IMG/VR virus record: IMGVR_UViG_3300024259_002316
Span: 15,719-79,718 of that record
Origin: a virus
Strand: one strand, 5' to 3'
Length of the DNA: 64,000 nt
The position numbers and the translations under genes are program-made. Of the stretch, positions 9,418-18,680 are shown in pieces (position 1 is the stretch's first letter; each line of letters begins with the position of its first letter). Below the pieces are notes generated by a model that searched no databases, was not told the origin of the DNA, and saw only the letters and a program-made list of their open reading frames with translations.

Positions 9418-10080
9418 TTATTGCTCCGATCCCATAAAAAATCCATCAAACATATTTTTTGTTACTTCTTTAGAAGTTAGAGATTTTCCTCCGCCCCTCC
9501 AAGAATTATCTGTTTGATTTTTTCTACTTTTCACATCTTCAGATACCTTTTCTCCACCTGTTTTCTCTTGAATTCTCATAAAATCTGCATTATCAAATAT
9601 ACTCATATTATTTTCTGAAACTTTAAAGTTTGTTCCGCTTAAAGTCCCAGCAGGAGAAACTGATGAAGCTTTGTCTTGAATTGTAGATTTTAGAGTTTCT
9701 GCCATATCTTCCATTCTTTTTTGTTCTGCTCCTCTCTTATTAGAGGCAATATCAGCTTTTTCTTGAATAGTTTTAGTTTTACTATCCATTGCTTCAGGTA
9801 TTTTAGCATTTCTACTAGGATCCCATATAGTATTAGAACTATCACTCTTTATATACTTTGCTGGACCACCTTCATCGGATATATCACCAGTTCTTGCTGA
9901 TGAAATATGTCGTGAAGTCATTAGTCCATCGTCCTTGTTGGACAACTTTTTAGATTTTTGTTCTTCTGCCAATTGATTCAAAGTCTTTTCAGGAGTAGTC
10001 TCTGATTTTACAACTTTTTCAGAAGATTTTTCATTATCCAAAAATTTGATTTGATGTTGATCTGACATTCTTTGGATCAT
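9418..10080 (-). CDS. Hypothetical protein
   Basis: 220-aa ORF translationally coupled to both neighbours. Confidence 0.7.
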   Translation of the reverse strand: MIQRMSDQHQIKFLDNEKSSEKVVKSETTPEKTLNQLAEEQKSKKLSNKDDGLMTSRHISSARTGDISDEGGPAKYIKSDSSNTIWDPSRNAKIPEAMDSKTKTIQEKADIASNKRGAEQKRMEDMAETLKSTIQDKASSVSPAGTLSGTNFKVSENNMSIFDNADFMRIQEKTGGEKVSEDVKSRKNQTDNSWRGGGKSLTSKEVTKNMFDGFFMGSEQ

Positions 10081-10796
10081 TATTTATCTCCAATCATTTT
10101 TTTTAAATTATTAACTATCTTATGTTTCTGCTCTTTTATCATCTCCGTCAGAGTAGATGCTGCTTTAACAGGTCTTTGTTGCTCAGTTTTGCTTTTATCT
10201 GGTTTTCCATAGACCTGATCAAGATTGTCATGCGAAATTTCCTCTTCTGGAGAAGCTAAATCAGCAGACGTAAATTTGATAGTCCATTTTCCATCAGAAC
10301 GCTCAGCCCCATTGAAATTTAATCCAAATAACTGATTAACCTCATGAGAGATTTCTTTTAGTTCTTCATTCTCAATAGTATCTGTAAACCCCTTTTCATC
10401 CTGGTATTTTTTATCAGGTATTACAACTTGTATATCTTTAACTCCCTCAGGAGATATAGATTCTTTTACAAATTCTGCTTTAAAATCTTGCAGTCTTCTT
10501 CCAGGATACCCATAGCTTTGAAGTTTTTCATAAACATATGTAGTAAGAGTTTTTCTACCATTTTCTTTAGGAGCAAGGTCTTGTTCTTCTCCTGGCTGGA
10601 TAGAAACATCATCATTCACGCCATTAGTAGCATTAACATCTTCTTCCATAGCGTCCTCCGTCTCAAATGGGCGAGAAATTCCCTCATCCTCAATAGGAGA
10701 TTCATCGATAGATGATCCATCGAAACCTTCTGATAAAGGATTAGCGAAATTCTGAGCGACCATTACTCGGGTCTTACCTGTTGGCACAATATCCAT
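10080..10796 (-). CDS. Acidic hypothetical head-module protein
   Basis: 238-aa ORF with GGAG RBS; VKAAS motif. Confidence 0.7.
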   Translation of the reverse strand: MDIVPTGKTRVMVAQNFANPLSEGFDGSSIDESPIEDEGISRPFETEDAMEEDVNATNGVNDDVSIQPGEEQDLAPKENGRKTLTTYVYEKLQSYGYPGRRLQDFKAEFVKESISPEGVKDIQVVIPDKKYQDEKGFTDTIENEELKEISHEVNQLFGLNFNGAERSDGKWTIKFTSADLASPEEEISHDNLDQVYGKPDKSKTEQQRPVKAASTLTEMIKEQKHKIVNNLKKMIGDK

Positions 10797-10826
10797 ATCA
10801 CTAACTCCATAATTAAAGATTATCTA

Positions 10827-11660
10827 TTACTTGTCAGCGATAAGGGCGTTTGCATATTCGTCCCCAAAAAGTTGTCTCCAGTATTCTTTCAAGAAACCTT
10901 TATTCTTATCATCAAGATTAGCAATCTTCACAAATTCTGTCTTCTGGGTAGCTTTCTTGTCTTCATCTTTTTTCTTTTTCTTATTAAATGGGCATTCTTC
11001 ACTATCTTTGCCAGGACCAGTTCCATCAGGAACTCCTGGGCCCTTTATTTTACCAGCTTCTTTGGTTTCTCCTTCATCATCATCTTCCTCTTTGTTATTT
11101 CCATCAGCACCTTCAATTTTTGCTTTTAAAGCATCAGGCAATTTCTCTTGTGCAGGAGTTAATTCAGCTTCTTTAGTCTCTGCTGTCTTAACTTCTACTT
11201 CCCTTGAGGCTGTGCAAGGCTTGCAATCACATTTACCTTCACATTTGCATTCTCCACATGGGCTTTTGCATTTTTCACAAATGGCTTCTGCTACCTTAAC
11301 TTCTTCTTCTGTCTCTCCGCCTTTTTCCTCTTTTGAAGGAACTTCTGGATCATTAGTAAACTTCTCTGAGCCTTCTGCTTTTGGTTGTCCAGAATCACAG
11401 CCTTCTTCGTCTGGGCTCTTAGTGGCTGCAGCGGACTTGTCATCTGACTCTTTCTTAGCATTAGGACCATTCTTAGGCATTGTTGTTGATTCACCTTCTT
11501 GGTGTAGAGGCTCAACATCTAACTGACCACTTGAATCTGCCTCATCTTGTTCGGCAGTTTTGACAGAAGCTGTTTTGATATGCTCGCTCTTATATTCAGC
11601 AACGAAATCTTCAAAACGCTTTGCTTTGCCTGTGCTAATTCTATTAGTAATAAGCTTCAT
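10827..11660 (-). CDS. Acidic low-complexity protein rich in KxA motifs (internal head/core protein candidate)
   Basis: AAGGAG RBS; IKTASVKTAE, VKVAE, VKTAETKEAE, TKEAG, VKIAN; late-type promoter at 11715..11743. Confidence 0.7.
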   Translation of the reverse strand: MKLITNRISTGKAKRFEDFVAEYKSEHIKTASVKTAEQDEADSSGQLDVEPLHQEGESTTMPKNGPNAKKESDDKSAAATKSPDEEGCDSGQPKAEGSEKFTNDPEVPSKEEKGGETEEEVKVAEAICEKCKSPCGECKCEGKCDCKPCTASREVEVKTAETKEAELTPAQEKLPDALKAKIEGADGNNKEEDDDEGETKEAGKIKGPGVPDGTGPGKDSEECPFNKKKKKDEDKKATQKTEFVKIANLDDKNKGFLKEYWRQLFGDEYANALIADK

Positions 11661-11714
11661 AGTTTTATTCTCCTTAATAATTTATAAAATCTATGCATAG
11701 TATATATTTTGTAT

Positions 11715-11743
11715 TATTTACAATAATTTATAAAAAACCTTTT
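11715..11743 (-). promoter_or_regulatory. Putative late promoter (degenerate)
   Basis: AAAAGGTTTTTT-N10-GTAAATA. Confidence 0.45.
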
Positions 11744-11749
11744 TTTAAT

Positions 11750-14212
11750 TTACTTTTTTTCCAAATTAGATAGAAACGCTGCCGCCTTATTTCCTCGTTG
11801 TTGCTGTTCTAAAAGATTTGTGATTCTATCATCTATCTTCTTTTTGACTGGTTTTAAATCAGCAAGACTATAACTATCTAAATTATCTAAGTTCAGAACA
11901 TTAGGTTGAGCAGCTTGAGGAGTCCCTCCAAATGGAGCAGATGGTTGGGCTTGAGGCACTCCAGGAGCAACCTGACCTGCATTTTCCGCTCCTAGTCCTG
12001 GATCAAATGATTGAGCATCTGAAGATAAAATTCCCTGCAAACCCGAAACCAGGTCTCCTAAAGATCCCCTTAAAAATTCTATCCTGGCAGATGGATCAGG
12101 TAGCTGACGCTGCTGACCACTTTGATTGATAAACTTTTGTAATAAAGGCATTGCTCGAGTAGTATAATTTTTTACATCTTGATCTCCTTTGGAAGCATAG
12201 CCAAATAGGTCCTTAGTCAATTTAGAAACATCTGTAATAAAGCTAGTATATTCCCTGCCAATATCTCCATATGCAGACCTTGGTTGAGCAGGCTGTGGAG
12301 CAATTTGTTGCTGAACATTTTGTAATTCACCAACAGGTTGCTGAACATTTTGTAATTCAGCAGCAGCTTGTTGCTGTTCTGCTGCTTGAGCTGCTCCTTG
12401 CTCTGCTAAATCTGCCCTACCTTCATTCGTTTTTGCCTCTCCCCTCTCTCTTCTCTGTTGAGACACTTCACTTCTAGGATCACCAACAAGATCACGAGAT
12501 CTTCTAAGAGACTTACTGGGAGCAGCCGCGACTGGAGGAGCCCCAAGAGGTGAAGCAGGTGCAGCAACTTTCATTTTTTTACCAGCTTCTATAATTATAG
12601 TAGAACTTTGTTCTAACTCTGCCTGTATATCTCCTGCTGCCGCAGCAGTTGGCATATTAAGCTTCATAAGAAATGAATTAGCCCTATTAATTACATCTTG
12701 TAACTTTTTAACTACATCTGATTTTCCACCAGTCCCTGTCCATTTATCCTTCATCCAATCCCTAGCTCTACTTAATGGATTCCATCTTGCCTTACCACCT
12801 TCAGGAACATTACCATAAAAATCTGCTTCTTTTTCTACGTCACTTGATACAAAAAAATCGGCGTCCTTTAACATCTCTGCTGAGATGCTCGCCAACTTAT
12901 CCCCAATGTCCTGCATACCACTACTATGTAAAGTATCTGCTAGTTCCATTAATTGAGAAGAACCATCCAATACTTGATCTTTTTGTTTTTGAGATTCTTC
13001 TTCTATAGTGGCATAAACTGCTTCGGGAGTGGAACATCCTTCTTTAACCTTTTGAGACACCTTAGAAACAAACAATTTATTCCATTCTTTTTCTGTTGAA
13101 GCTGACCTTTGAACTCCAGGTCTGTCTAAATAACATTCGTGACAGCTTCCACTATTAGTAGCTAATTCTGCTTCGCTTGTCTCTGCCCCGCACTCCATGC
13201 ATCTTTTATCTCTTTCTTTAGGATCATTGATATCCCATTCTGCCTTTTTTACAAAAGCATATTTTTCCCATCCGCTTTTATCATCATTAATAGCTTTGTT
13301 ATATTCCTCCCAACATTCCGTCCAAACTTCTTGAGCAGGAGTTTTTGGTTGGGTAGTCCTTTTCTGCCTATAACAATTGTCCCAGCACCTTCGGTTTCTA
13401 ATCCAATAACCCTGAGAACCTACATATTGTGCGGTCTTAAAATCATTGAAAATATCCTGTACATTCTTAACAATAGAAGCAGATTTGATTAGCCCTTTAT
13501 TTTGAAGTGCCACTTGCATCTCTGTTAAATTATCACTTATATTATTTTCCATAGTATCTATCCTTTTATTGGATTTTGGCATAACTCTAATTCTTGGTTT
13601 AAAATGCTGAGGCTTTTTACTTCTCCTGTTCTTAGTAAAATTATAATCTGTAATATTATCAACTATAAATGCTCTAATATGTCTTACAGATCTATCATAA
13701 GTCACCAAAATCAAATTACCATTCCCAGCTTGATACATATGATGGGGTTCAACAATTCTATAAATGTTTACCCCTCCTCCTGGAATTTTAGGCAATTCTC
13801 TCTCTCTTAATAAATGCTGTTTGCCGCCTCTGCCTCTTTTTTCTCCTTTTGTCGTATAAAAAATCTTAACAACTCTATTATTCTCAATAGCCCAATCCAT
13901 AGCGTCTTGAGCACTATCAAAATCAGGAACATCTTCTCCCTCAATCGCTATTTCTTCTTCTGGAATTACTTCTGGCTCTTCTATTATGGGCTCTTGCATC
14001 TGAGGTTCTTGTAAATTATCTACAAGAATTTCCTCTACTCCCTCATCATCTACTTCTACAACAGGAACTTCTCCTCTCTCCAGGGCATCATAATCTATTG
14101 TATCAACATCATTTACTTCATATTCATTTAGAGTATCAACTGTATCATCATCGATCCAGTCATATAGGTCTCCAAACTGTTGTGCAAATTTTGAGCTATT
14201 AATGATTAACAT
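11750..14212 (-). CDS. Large protein with WYL-like domain and Q/A-rich low-complexity C-terminus
   Basis: AIENNRVVKIFY...RIVEPHHMY...LVTYDRSVRHIRAFIVDNI resembles WYL; ELQNVQQ tandem repeat; many KxA motifs. Confidence 0.65.
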   Translation of the reverse strand: MLIINSSKFAQQFGDLYDWIDDDTVDTLNEYEVNDVDTIDYDALERGEVPVVEVDDEGVEEILVDNLQEPQMQEPIIEEPEVIPEEEIAIEGEDVPDFDSAQDAMDWAIENNRVVKIFYTTKGEKRGRGGKQHLLRERELPKIPGGGVNIYRIVEPHHMYQAGNGNLILVTYDRSVRHIRAFIVDNITDYNFTKNRRSKKPQHFKPRIRVMPKSNKRIDTMENNISDNLTEMQVALQNKGLIKSASIVKNVQDIFNDFKTAQYVGSQGYWIRNRRCWDNCYRQKRTTQPKTPAQEVWTECWEEYNKAINDDKSGWEKYAFVKKAEWDINDPKERDKRCMECGAETSEAELATNSGSCHECYLDRPGVQRSASTEKEWNKLFVSKVSQKVKEGCSTPEAVYATIEEESQKQKDQVLDGSSQLMELADTLHSSGMQDIGDKLASISAEMLKDADFFVSSDVEKEADFYGNVPEGGKARWNPLSRARDWMKDKWTGTGGKSDVVKKLQDVINRANSFLMKLNMPTAAAAGDIQAELEQSSTIIIEAGKKMKVAAPASPLGAPPVAAAPSKSLRRSRDLVGDPRSEVSQQRRERGEAKTNEGRADLAEQGAAQAAEQQQAAAELQNVQQPVGELQNVQQQIAPQPAQPRSAYGDIGREYTSFITDVSKLTKDLFGYASKGDQDVKNYTTRAMPLLQKFINQSGQQRQLPDPSARIEFLRGSLGDLVSGLQGILSSDAQSFDPGLGAENAGQVAPGVPQAQPSAPFGGTPQAAQPNVLNLDNLDSYSLADLKPVKKKIDDRITNLLEQQQRGNKAAAFLSNLEKK

Positions 14213-14219
14213 TATGTTA

Positions 14220-14248
14220 TATTAAAGAAAAATAATAAAATTCCTTGA
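14220..14248 (-). promoter_or_regulatory. Putative late promoter, probably leaderless transcript
   Basis: TCAAGGAATTTT-N10-TTTAATA ends 7 nt before ATG 14212; no SD. Confidence 0.45.
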
Positions 14249-14249
14249 T

Positions 14250-14624
14250 TTATTTTTCTCTAATAATTTTTTGCATAGGAATTAGATCATTAGTGGACAT
14301 AGAAATATTCCCTAGATCCCCTATAGAAATAGGCTCAAAATCAATCTCCACTTCTTCTGCCAATAAATTAGTAAATTCTTCTTGAAATTTGTCCCTATGC
14401 TCTTCTGCTACTTGAAGATCTTTTACTTCCTCTGCTCCTTCCTCTTTTTTCTCAGCATATTTTTCTACCAACTTAATTCTTGTTTTTTCGAGAGTCTCCA
14501 TTTCTCCTGAACAATCTCTCAAAAACTTCAAAAGACGATAAGAAATACTGATAGGTAATTCTTTATCCGTCAATTTCTGCATATTTCGTGTTATTCCAAA
14601 AATTTCACCTAAAGTAAACTGCAT
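14250..14624 (-). CDS. DUF1617-like phage protein
   Basis: L...ELP..ISYRL...LE..R.KL.EKY pattern; GGAG RBS. Confidence 0.5.
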   Translation of the reverse strand: MQFTLGEIFGITRNMQKLTDKELPISISYRLLKFLRDCSGEMETLEKTRIKLVEKYAEKKEEGAEEVKDLQVAEEHRDKFQEEFTNLLAEEVEIDFEPISIGDLGNISMSTNDLIPMQKIIREK

Positions 14625-14637
14625 ACTATTTGTCTCC

Positions 14638-15006
14638 TTAATCTAAAAACTTCACAAGAGTAGAGTAATCTTCATTAATGACTTCAATCTTGCTTCCAAT
14701 ATTAATATTATTTTTTTTGAAAAAATCATAATTAGCCTCAATAGCCATATTACAATCTTTTTCACTATCGACACATTTATCTGAACAAGGACTAATATTC
14801 GATATTTTAACTATTTCTTTTTCTGGCGAAATAAAAGCAATAGCCAAAGGAATATAAGTATTTACTCCCCAAAACTTCAAATTTTGAGGTCTTTGAAACT
14901 TAAAAAGCATACCATCGTCTTCCCCTAACTTCTTTCTAAACATCAAACCCTGCTGATGTTGAGAAGGAGTTTCAGCAATATCGACTTTTAAATAGTGTTT
15001 AATCAT
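14638..15006 (-). CDS. DUF192 (UPF0127) family protein
   Basis: IAETP..HQQGLMFRK.L..DDGMLF.F......FW..NTYIPL.IAFI. Confidence 0.85.
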   Translation of the reverse strand: MIKHYLKVDIAETPSQHQQGLMFRKKLGEDDGMLFKFQRPQNLKFWGVNTYIPLAIAFISPEKEIVKISNISPCSDKCVDSEKDCNMAIEANYDFFKKNNINIGSKIEVINEDYSTLVKFLD

Positions 15007-15424
15007 TAAATTTAAATCCTTGCCATTCTAAATCTTCACAAAATTCCTTTTTTTCATCATCTGGAACATCAAAAATCATTTCGTCATTAGTTGTCATTAT
15101 TACAGAAATATTGTCATAATCGGATATAGTAAACCACTCTTCTACAACTTGTCTATTTGTATTTTTTGTCATATTAAAATGATTATTAACAATCAAATCT
15201 TCAACTTCTGGAAGCATTCTATAAGTGCTATTAATCCCTCTACGCTGTCTTTCTGCTTCCCCCATTTTGACTAAATATTCATCTTCTTTATATCTAAATG
15301 TTAATTTTCCACCTTGAAAAACTAACATTTCTTGTTTAATCGTATCATACCAATTTAATTTTTCATCTACTTTCTCTTTGCTTGGTTCTTCTTTAGTATC
15401 AAATAAAACTGTTATTTCTGACAT
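14999..15424 (-). CDS. Hypothetical protein
   Basis: 141-aa coupled ORF. Confidence 0.65.
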   Translation of the reverse strand: MSEITVLFDTKEEPSKEKVDEKLNWYDTIKQEMLVFQGGKLTFRYKEDEYLVKMGEAERQRRGINSTYRMLPEVEDLIVNNHFNMTKNTNRQVVEEWFTISDYDNISVIMTTNDEMIFDVPDDEKKEFCEDLEWQGFKFND

Positions 15425-15862
15425 TTATTCTTTCTCTTTAAACCTACCCCACCAAGAAGAGGCAACTTTTAACTGTTTAGCTGTCTTAACTCCCTTGGTA
15501 TTATTTAATGCCTTACTATAATCGACATTAGACCCATCATCCTCAAATATAGATCTTTCATCTCCGAGGATCATGACGTTAATCACTTTTGAACCTTTTT
15601 CTGTAATTTCTATATTTTCCCCTATAACTTTGATCAAACCTGCATCACTCATTCTCCTAGTCTCTTCATGTCCTACTGTGATAGGTTTTTTAAATATCTT
15701 CTCTGCCTGCTTCTTTTCTCCTGATCTCCATATATTATATAAAGATCTAGCAGCAACAGGATCTACATAGTTAGGACTTTTTTGTATCTTATCTGCAAAT
15801 TCTGGCATAATCTCCATTAAATTATCCCATATAGATGATTGATTTTGACCTTGCTTTTTCAT
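15425..15862 (-). CDS. Hypothetical protein (possible winged helix)
   Basis: GLIKVIGENIEITEKG resembles a wHTH wing; C-terminal LKVASSWW. Confidence 0.6.
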   Translation of the reverse strand: MKKQGQNQSSIWDNLMEIMPEFADKIQKSPNYVDPVAARSLYNIWRSGEKKQAEKIFKKPITVGHEETRRMSDAGLIKVIGENIEITEKGSKVINVMILGDERSIFEDDGSNVDYSKALNNTKGVKTAKQLKVASSWWGRFKEKE

Positions 15863-16179
15863 TTCTCCTCCATATATTTTTTAACTATCTTCAGAACCTT
15901 CTCTGCCCATTCTCTATCCATATCTTTTTGTTCTTCTGTTAATTCTGAATAAGGTTTAAAACTATCCTCTTCCCACCTGTCAGATCTCTCTTTAGTTATA
16001 TCTTCCGATTTTAAAATATCTTTTGCCCAACCCATCCATTGCTCATGTTCTAAATCTGACAACTCTTCGATTAGGTCTTTAGGTCCATCATTTTCTGCTT
16101 TTTTCTCTGATTTACCTAACAAAATAAGTTCATCTTCTGTTAAAAATCTTCCATATTTTTCTGTTTTTATTATTTTCAT
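15859..16179 (-). CDS. Hypothetical protein with MKIIKTEKYGRFLTE leader (start revised)
   Basis: Leader DNA identical to that of the adjacent gene; EHEQWM.W motif. Confidence 0.65.
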   Translation of the reverse strand: MKIIKTEKYGRFLTEDELILLGKSEKKAENDGPKDLIEELSDLEHEQWMGWAKDILKSEDITKERSDRWEEDSFKPYSELTEEQKDMDREWAEKVLKIVKKYMEEK

Positions 16180-16587
16180 TTTATTAAGTTGGCTCGAGAA
16201 GCATTGGACTCCCAACCTCTCCTTCAAAATCATCATATAATGAAAAATAAAAAACTGGCTTATCTCCATCATAAACTATATAAGTATTTCCGTCATCAAA
16301 TTCACTATTAAATTTAAAATTATATACCTTTCCATTATACCTAATAGTCCCATCATTCGGCTCATGCGGAAACTCACCACCTCTAGGATTTGATTGTATT
16401 ATTTGAAATCCAGTAATTCTCTCTATATTTTCAAAAACATCTTTTATTTCTTCTTTAGGTTTATTTTGCGCCCACCATTTATCTATGGGTCCAATTTTTT
16501 TAAAAAAATCTTCCATATCCTTTTCTATATTATTTTCTGTCAGAAATCTTCCATATTTTTCTGTTTTTATTATTTTCATTTTATTAA
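16144..16587. repeat. 44-bp exact direct repeat (16144..16187 and 16544..16587)
   Basis: AAATCTTCCATATTTTTCTGTTTTTATTATTTTCATTTTATTAA twice, 400 bp apart, covering the start and leader of two genes. Confidence 0.9.
16184..16579 (-). CDS. Hypothetical protein with MKIIKTEKYGRFLTE leader (start revised)
   Basis: Same leader as 15859..16179, unrelated body. Confidence 0.65.
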   Translation of the reverse strand: MKIIKTEKYGRFLTENNIEKDMEDFFKKIGPIDKWWAQNKPKEEIKDVFENIERITGFQIIQSNPRGGEFPHEPNDGTIRYNGKVYNFKFNSEFDDGNTYIVYDGDKPVFYFSLYDDFEGEVGSPMLLEPT

Positions 16588-16827
16588 TTTTCTCCAACTT
16601 CCTCCCATTAAAACTTTTCCAGCATTTACAGTATGCCCGATTGAAACTGTCATACCTTCACTTTCAGCTTCTAACTGTTTTTTCTCAAGTTCTAATATTT
16701 CTCTAATTGCTTCTCTTACTTCTCTAATAGTCATTCCTAGACCATCTGCAAATGCCTTTTCATAACTTTTTTTCTTTTCTTTATCTGTTCTATCTATTAT
16801 TTTTACTTCCATTTTATTTATAAACAT
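16576..16827 (-). CDS. Small hypothetical protein
   Basis: 83-aa ORF with AAGGA RBS. Confidence 0.55.
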   Translation of the reverse strand: MFINKMEVKIIDRTDKEKKKSYEKAFADGLGMTIREVREAIREILELEKKQLEAESEGMTVSIGHTVNAGKVLMGGSWRKLIK

Positions 16828-16861
16828 CCTTATTGTTTAACCACTCCTCTGATGGTTGCCA

Positions 16862-17764
16862 TTACTTAATATTTTTAGAATAGCGTATTGGCTTTAACTC
16901 TTTATATATTTTAGTAATTGAGCTTTCTCCTGTTCTGGCTCTCTCTTTCTGCTCTTCTGTCCCTCTCTTATAAACTTGAAGTATTCTACAAATACTTTTC
17001 TCTCCTATCCCTATCTTTTTAGATAATACTTTTTTAATATCTATTTTTTCCGACATTCCTCCATCAATTCTAATAAATTGATTTCCTCCGAATCTACTTA
17101 AATTATATTTTGCTTTATCTTGTAATCTCTTAACCCATTCTTTTCCTAATTCTTTTTCAACAATATTGTAATATATTATTTTTGGACTATTAATTATTTT
17201 TAAATATTCTTCTCTTTGCCTTTTTACTTTTTCTTGTTCTTCTTCATAATGCAGCTCTCTATGACAAATAGCACAAAGAACTGTGCATTTTTTTATTTCT
17301 TTTAATATCCTTTCTTTTGAATATCTTAAACCTACGGCTTTAGCTATGTGAAAATCTTTTCCTTCAGGATCTTTATGATGAAAATCCAAAGCTCCCACAC
17401 ATCGATTATATCCACATATTTCACATTTCAACGTCTTCTTATATTCATCAAACCATAATCTATTTTTTTCTCTTGTCTTCCTTCTATATTCTGCGTTTTT
17501 TACCTTATTAAGAGTATTCCATTTTGTGCCATATTCTTTTTTTCGCTTCTCTTTTTCTTCTTGTTCTTTTTTATACTTTTTTGTTAATACGTGTTTTGTT
17601 TTCAAATAATATTTTTTATTAGCTTCCTTTCTTCTTTCTCCTTCCCTCTTATCATTTCTTCTTTTTCTCTTAGCTGTATTTTTACAATCATTACTACAAT
17701 ACATTGTTCCTTTTCTACCGCAGAAATTCTTTTTACATATATTACAACTTAATTCTGTTACCAT
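16862..17764 (-). CDS. HNH homing endonuclease-like protein with N-terminal Zn finger
   Basis: CEICGY...ALDFHH.DP..K....I.KEIKKCTVLCAICHRELH; AGGAG RBS. Confidence 0.8.
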   Translation of the reverse strand: MVTELSCNICKKNFCGRKGTMYCSNDCKNTAKRKRRNDKREGERRKEANKKYYLKTKHVLTKKYKKEQEEKEKRKKEYGTKWNTLNKVKNAEYRRKTREKNRLWFDEYKKTLKCEICGYNRCVGALDFHHKDPEGKDFHIAKAVGLRYSKERILKEIKKCTVLCAICHRELHYEEEQEKVKRQREEYLKIINSPKIIYYNIVEKELGKEWVKRLQDKAKYNLSRFGGNQFIRIDGGMSEKIDIKKVLSKKIGIGEKSICRILQVYKRGTEEQKERARTGESSITKIYKELKPIRYSKNIK

Positions 17765-17800
17765 AATATTAACTCCTATTTAATTACATTTCTGAGTTAA

Positions 17801-17829
17801 TATTCTATCAAATATATAAAAATCCTTTA
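17801..17829 (-). promoter_or_regulatory. Putative sigma-28-like late promoter
   Basis: TAAAGGATTTTT-N10-TAGAATA. Confidence 0.65.
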
Positions 17830-17904
17830 ATTATCTTACTTTTTGTTATATTTTTTTGTGTTTTCTCAAAAAAACACTTAATTTTAATGCTTTTTGTAAG
17901 ACTT

Positions 17905-18675
17905 TTACCTACTTAACTGATATCTACTTGGGTATGGATCTTCAAAGTTACGGTCCATCCAATCAAACGGTTCATTACGTAATTCCCTCCAATAATGCCC
18001 TTCGCCGACTCGTCCATCCCCGTTATAATTCTCTAACCCTTTAGTATACCTTTTTTGCTTCTGTTTTCCTTTCTCTCTTGATCTTAACCCAAAACCAAAA
18101 GGAAATTTTCTTTCAAGCATTGGAAGATCTAGACGGGACCATGGTCCAGCAACACCTGCTGCCGTTGTAAGGTCATATTGAGAAACTCTCTTCTTACCCA
18201 TAGACGCAAAAGACAATAAATTAGAAATATATAACAACCTACTAATATTCCTCGTAATCCAATCAATAGAAATTTTATAGTCAGGAATAGAATATATTTG
18301 ATGTTTATTAAAAGTCTTGATATCTTGAGATAGAGCATAAGAGACGGCTGTATAATATTTAGATTTATCAGCACCTTCAAAGCACAAAAGATATTGAGAA
18401 AGATCTTTCAGAGAAAAAACAAATAAACTAACCATATTATCATCAACAATTTCAGAAGAAAAAGATTGATCTTGCAAAATATCAACCATTTCGTTCCATA
18501 GTGTTAACAATAATTTTTTTTGCTTATTTATGTGTTGATTTAGCAAACGAACAGTTTTTATTACTCCTTGAGTTTTAACATCTCCATCATCGTCACTCAT
18601 TTGGCATGTCTTATTATCTATCAGTTCAATACCATAATAATGAAGTTCTTTTGCTAATAATTCCCATGTACCCAT
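17905..18675 (-). CDS. Hypothetical protein
   Basis: 256-aa ORF in the minus-strand operon. Confidence 0.7.
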   Translation of the reverse strand: MGTWELLAKELHYYGIELIDNKTCQMSDDDGDVKTQGVIKTVRLLNQHINKQKKLLLTLWNEMVDILQDQSFSSEIVDDNMVSLFVFSLKDLSQYLLCFEGADKSKYYTAVSYALSQDIKTFNKHQIYSIPDYKISIDWITRNISRLLYISNLLSFASMGKKRVSQYDLTTAAGVAGPWSRLDLPMLERKFPFGFGLRSREKGKQKQKRYTKGLENYNGDGRVGEGHYWRELRNEPFDWMDRNFEDPYPSRYQLSR

Positions 18676-18680
18676 GAATA

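Noticed and set aside
12305-12360. Tandem DNA repeat GTTGCTGAACATTTTGTAATTC x2
   Set aside because: Explained by the protein-level ELQNVQQ duplication in a low-complexity region.
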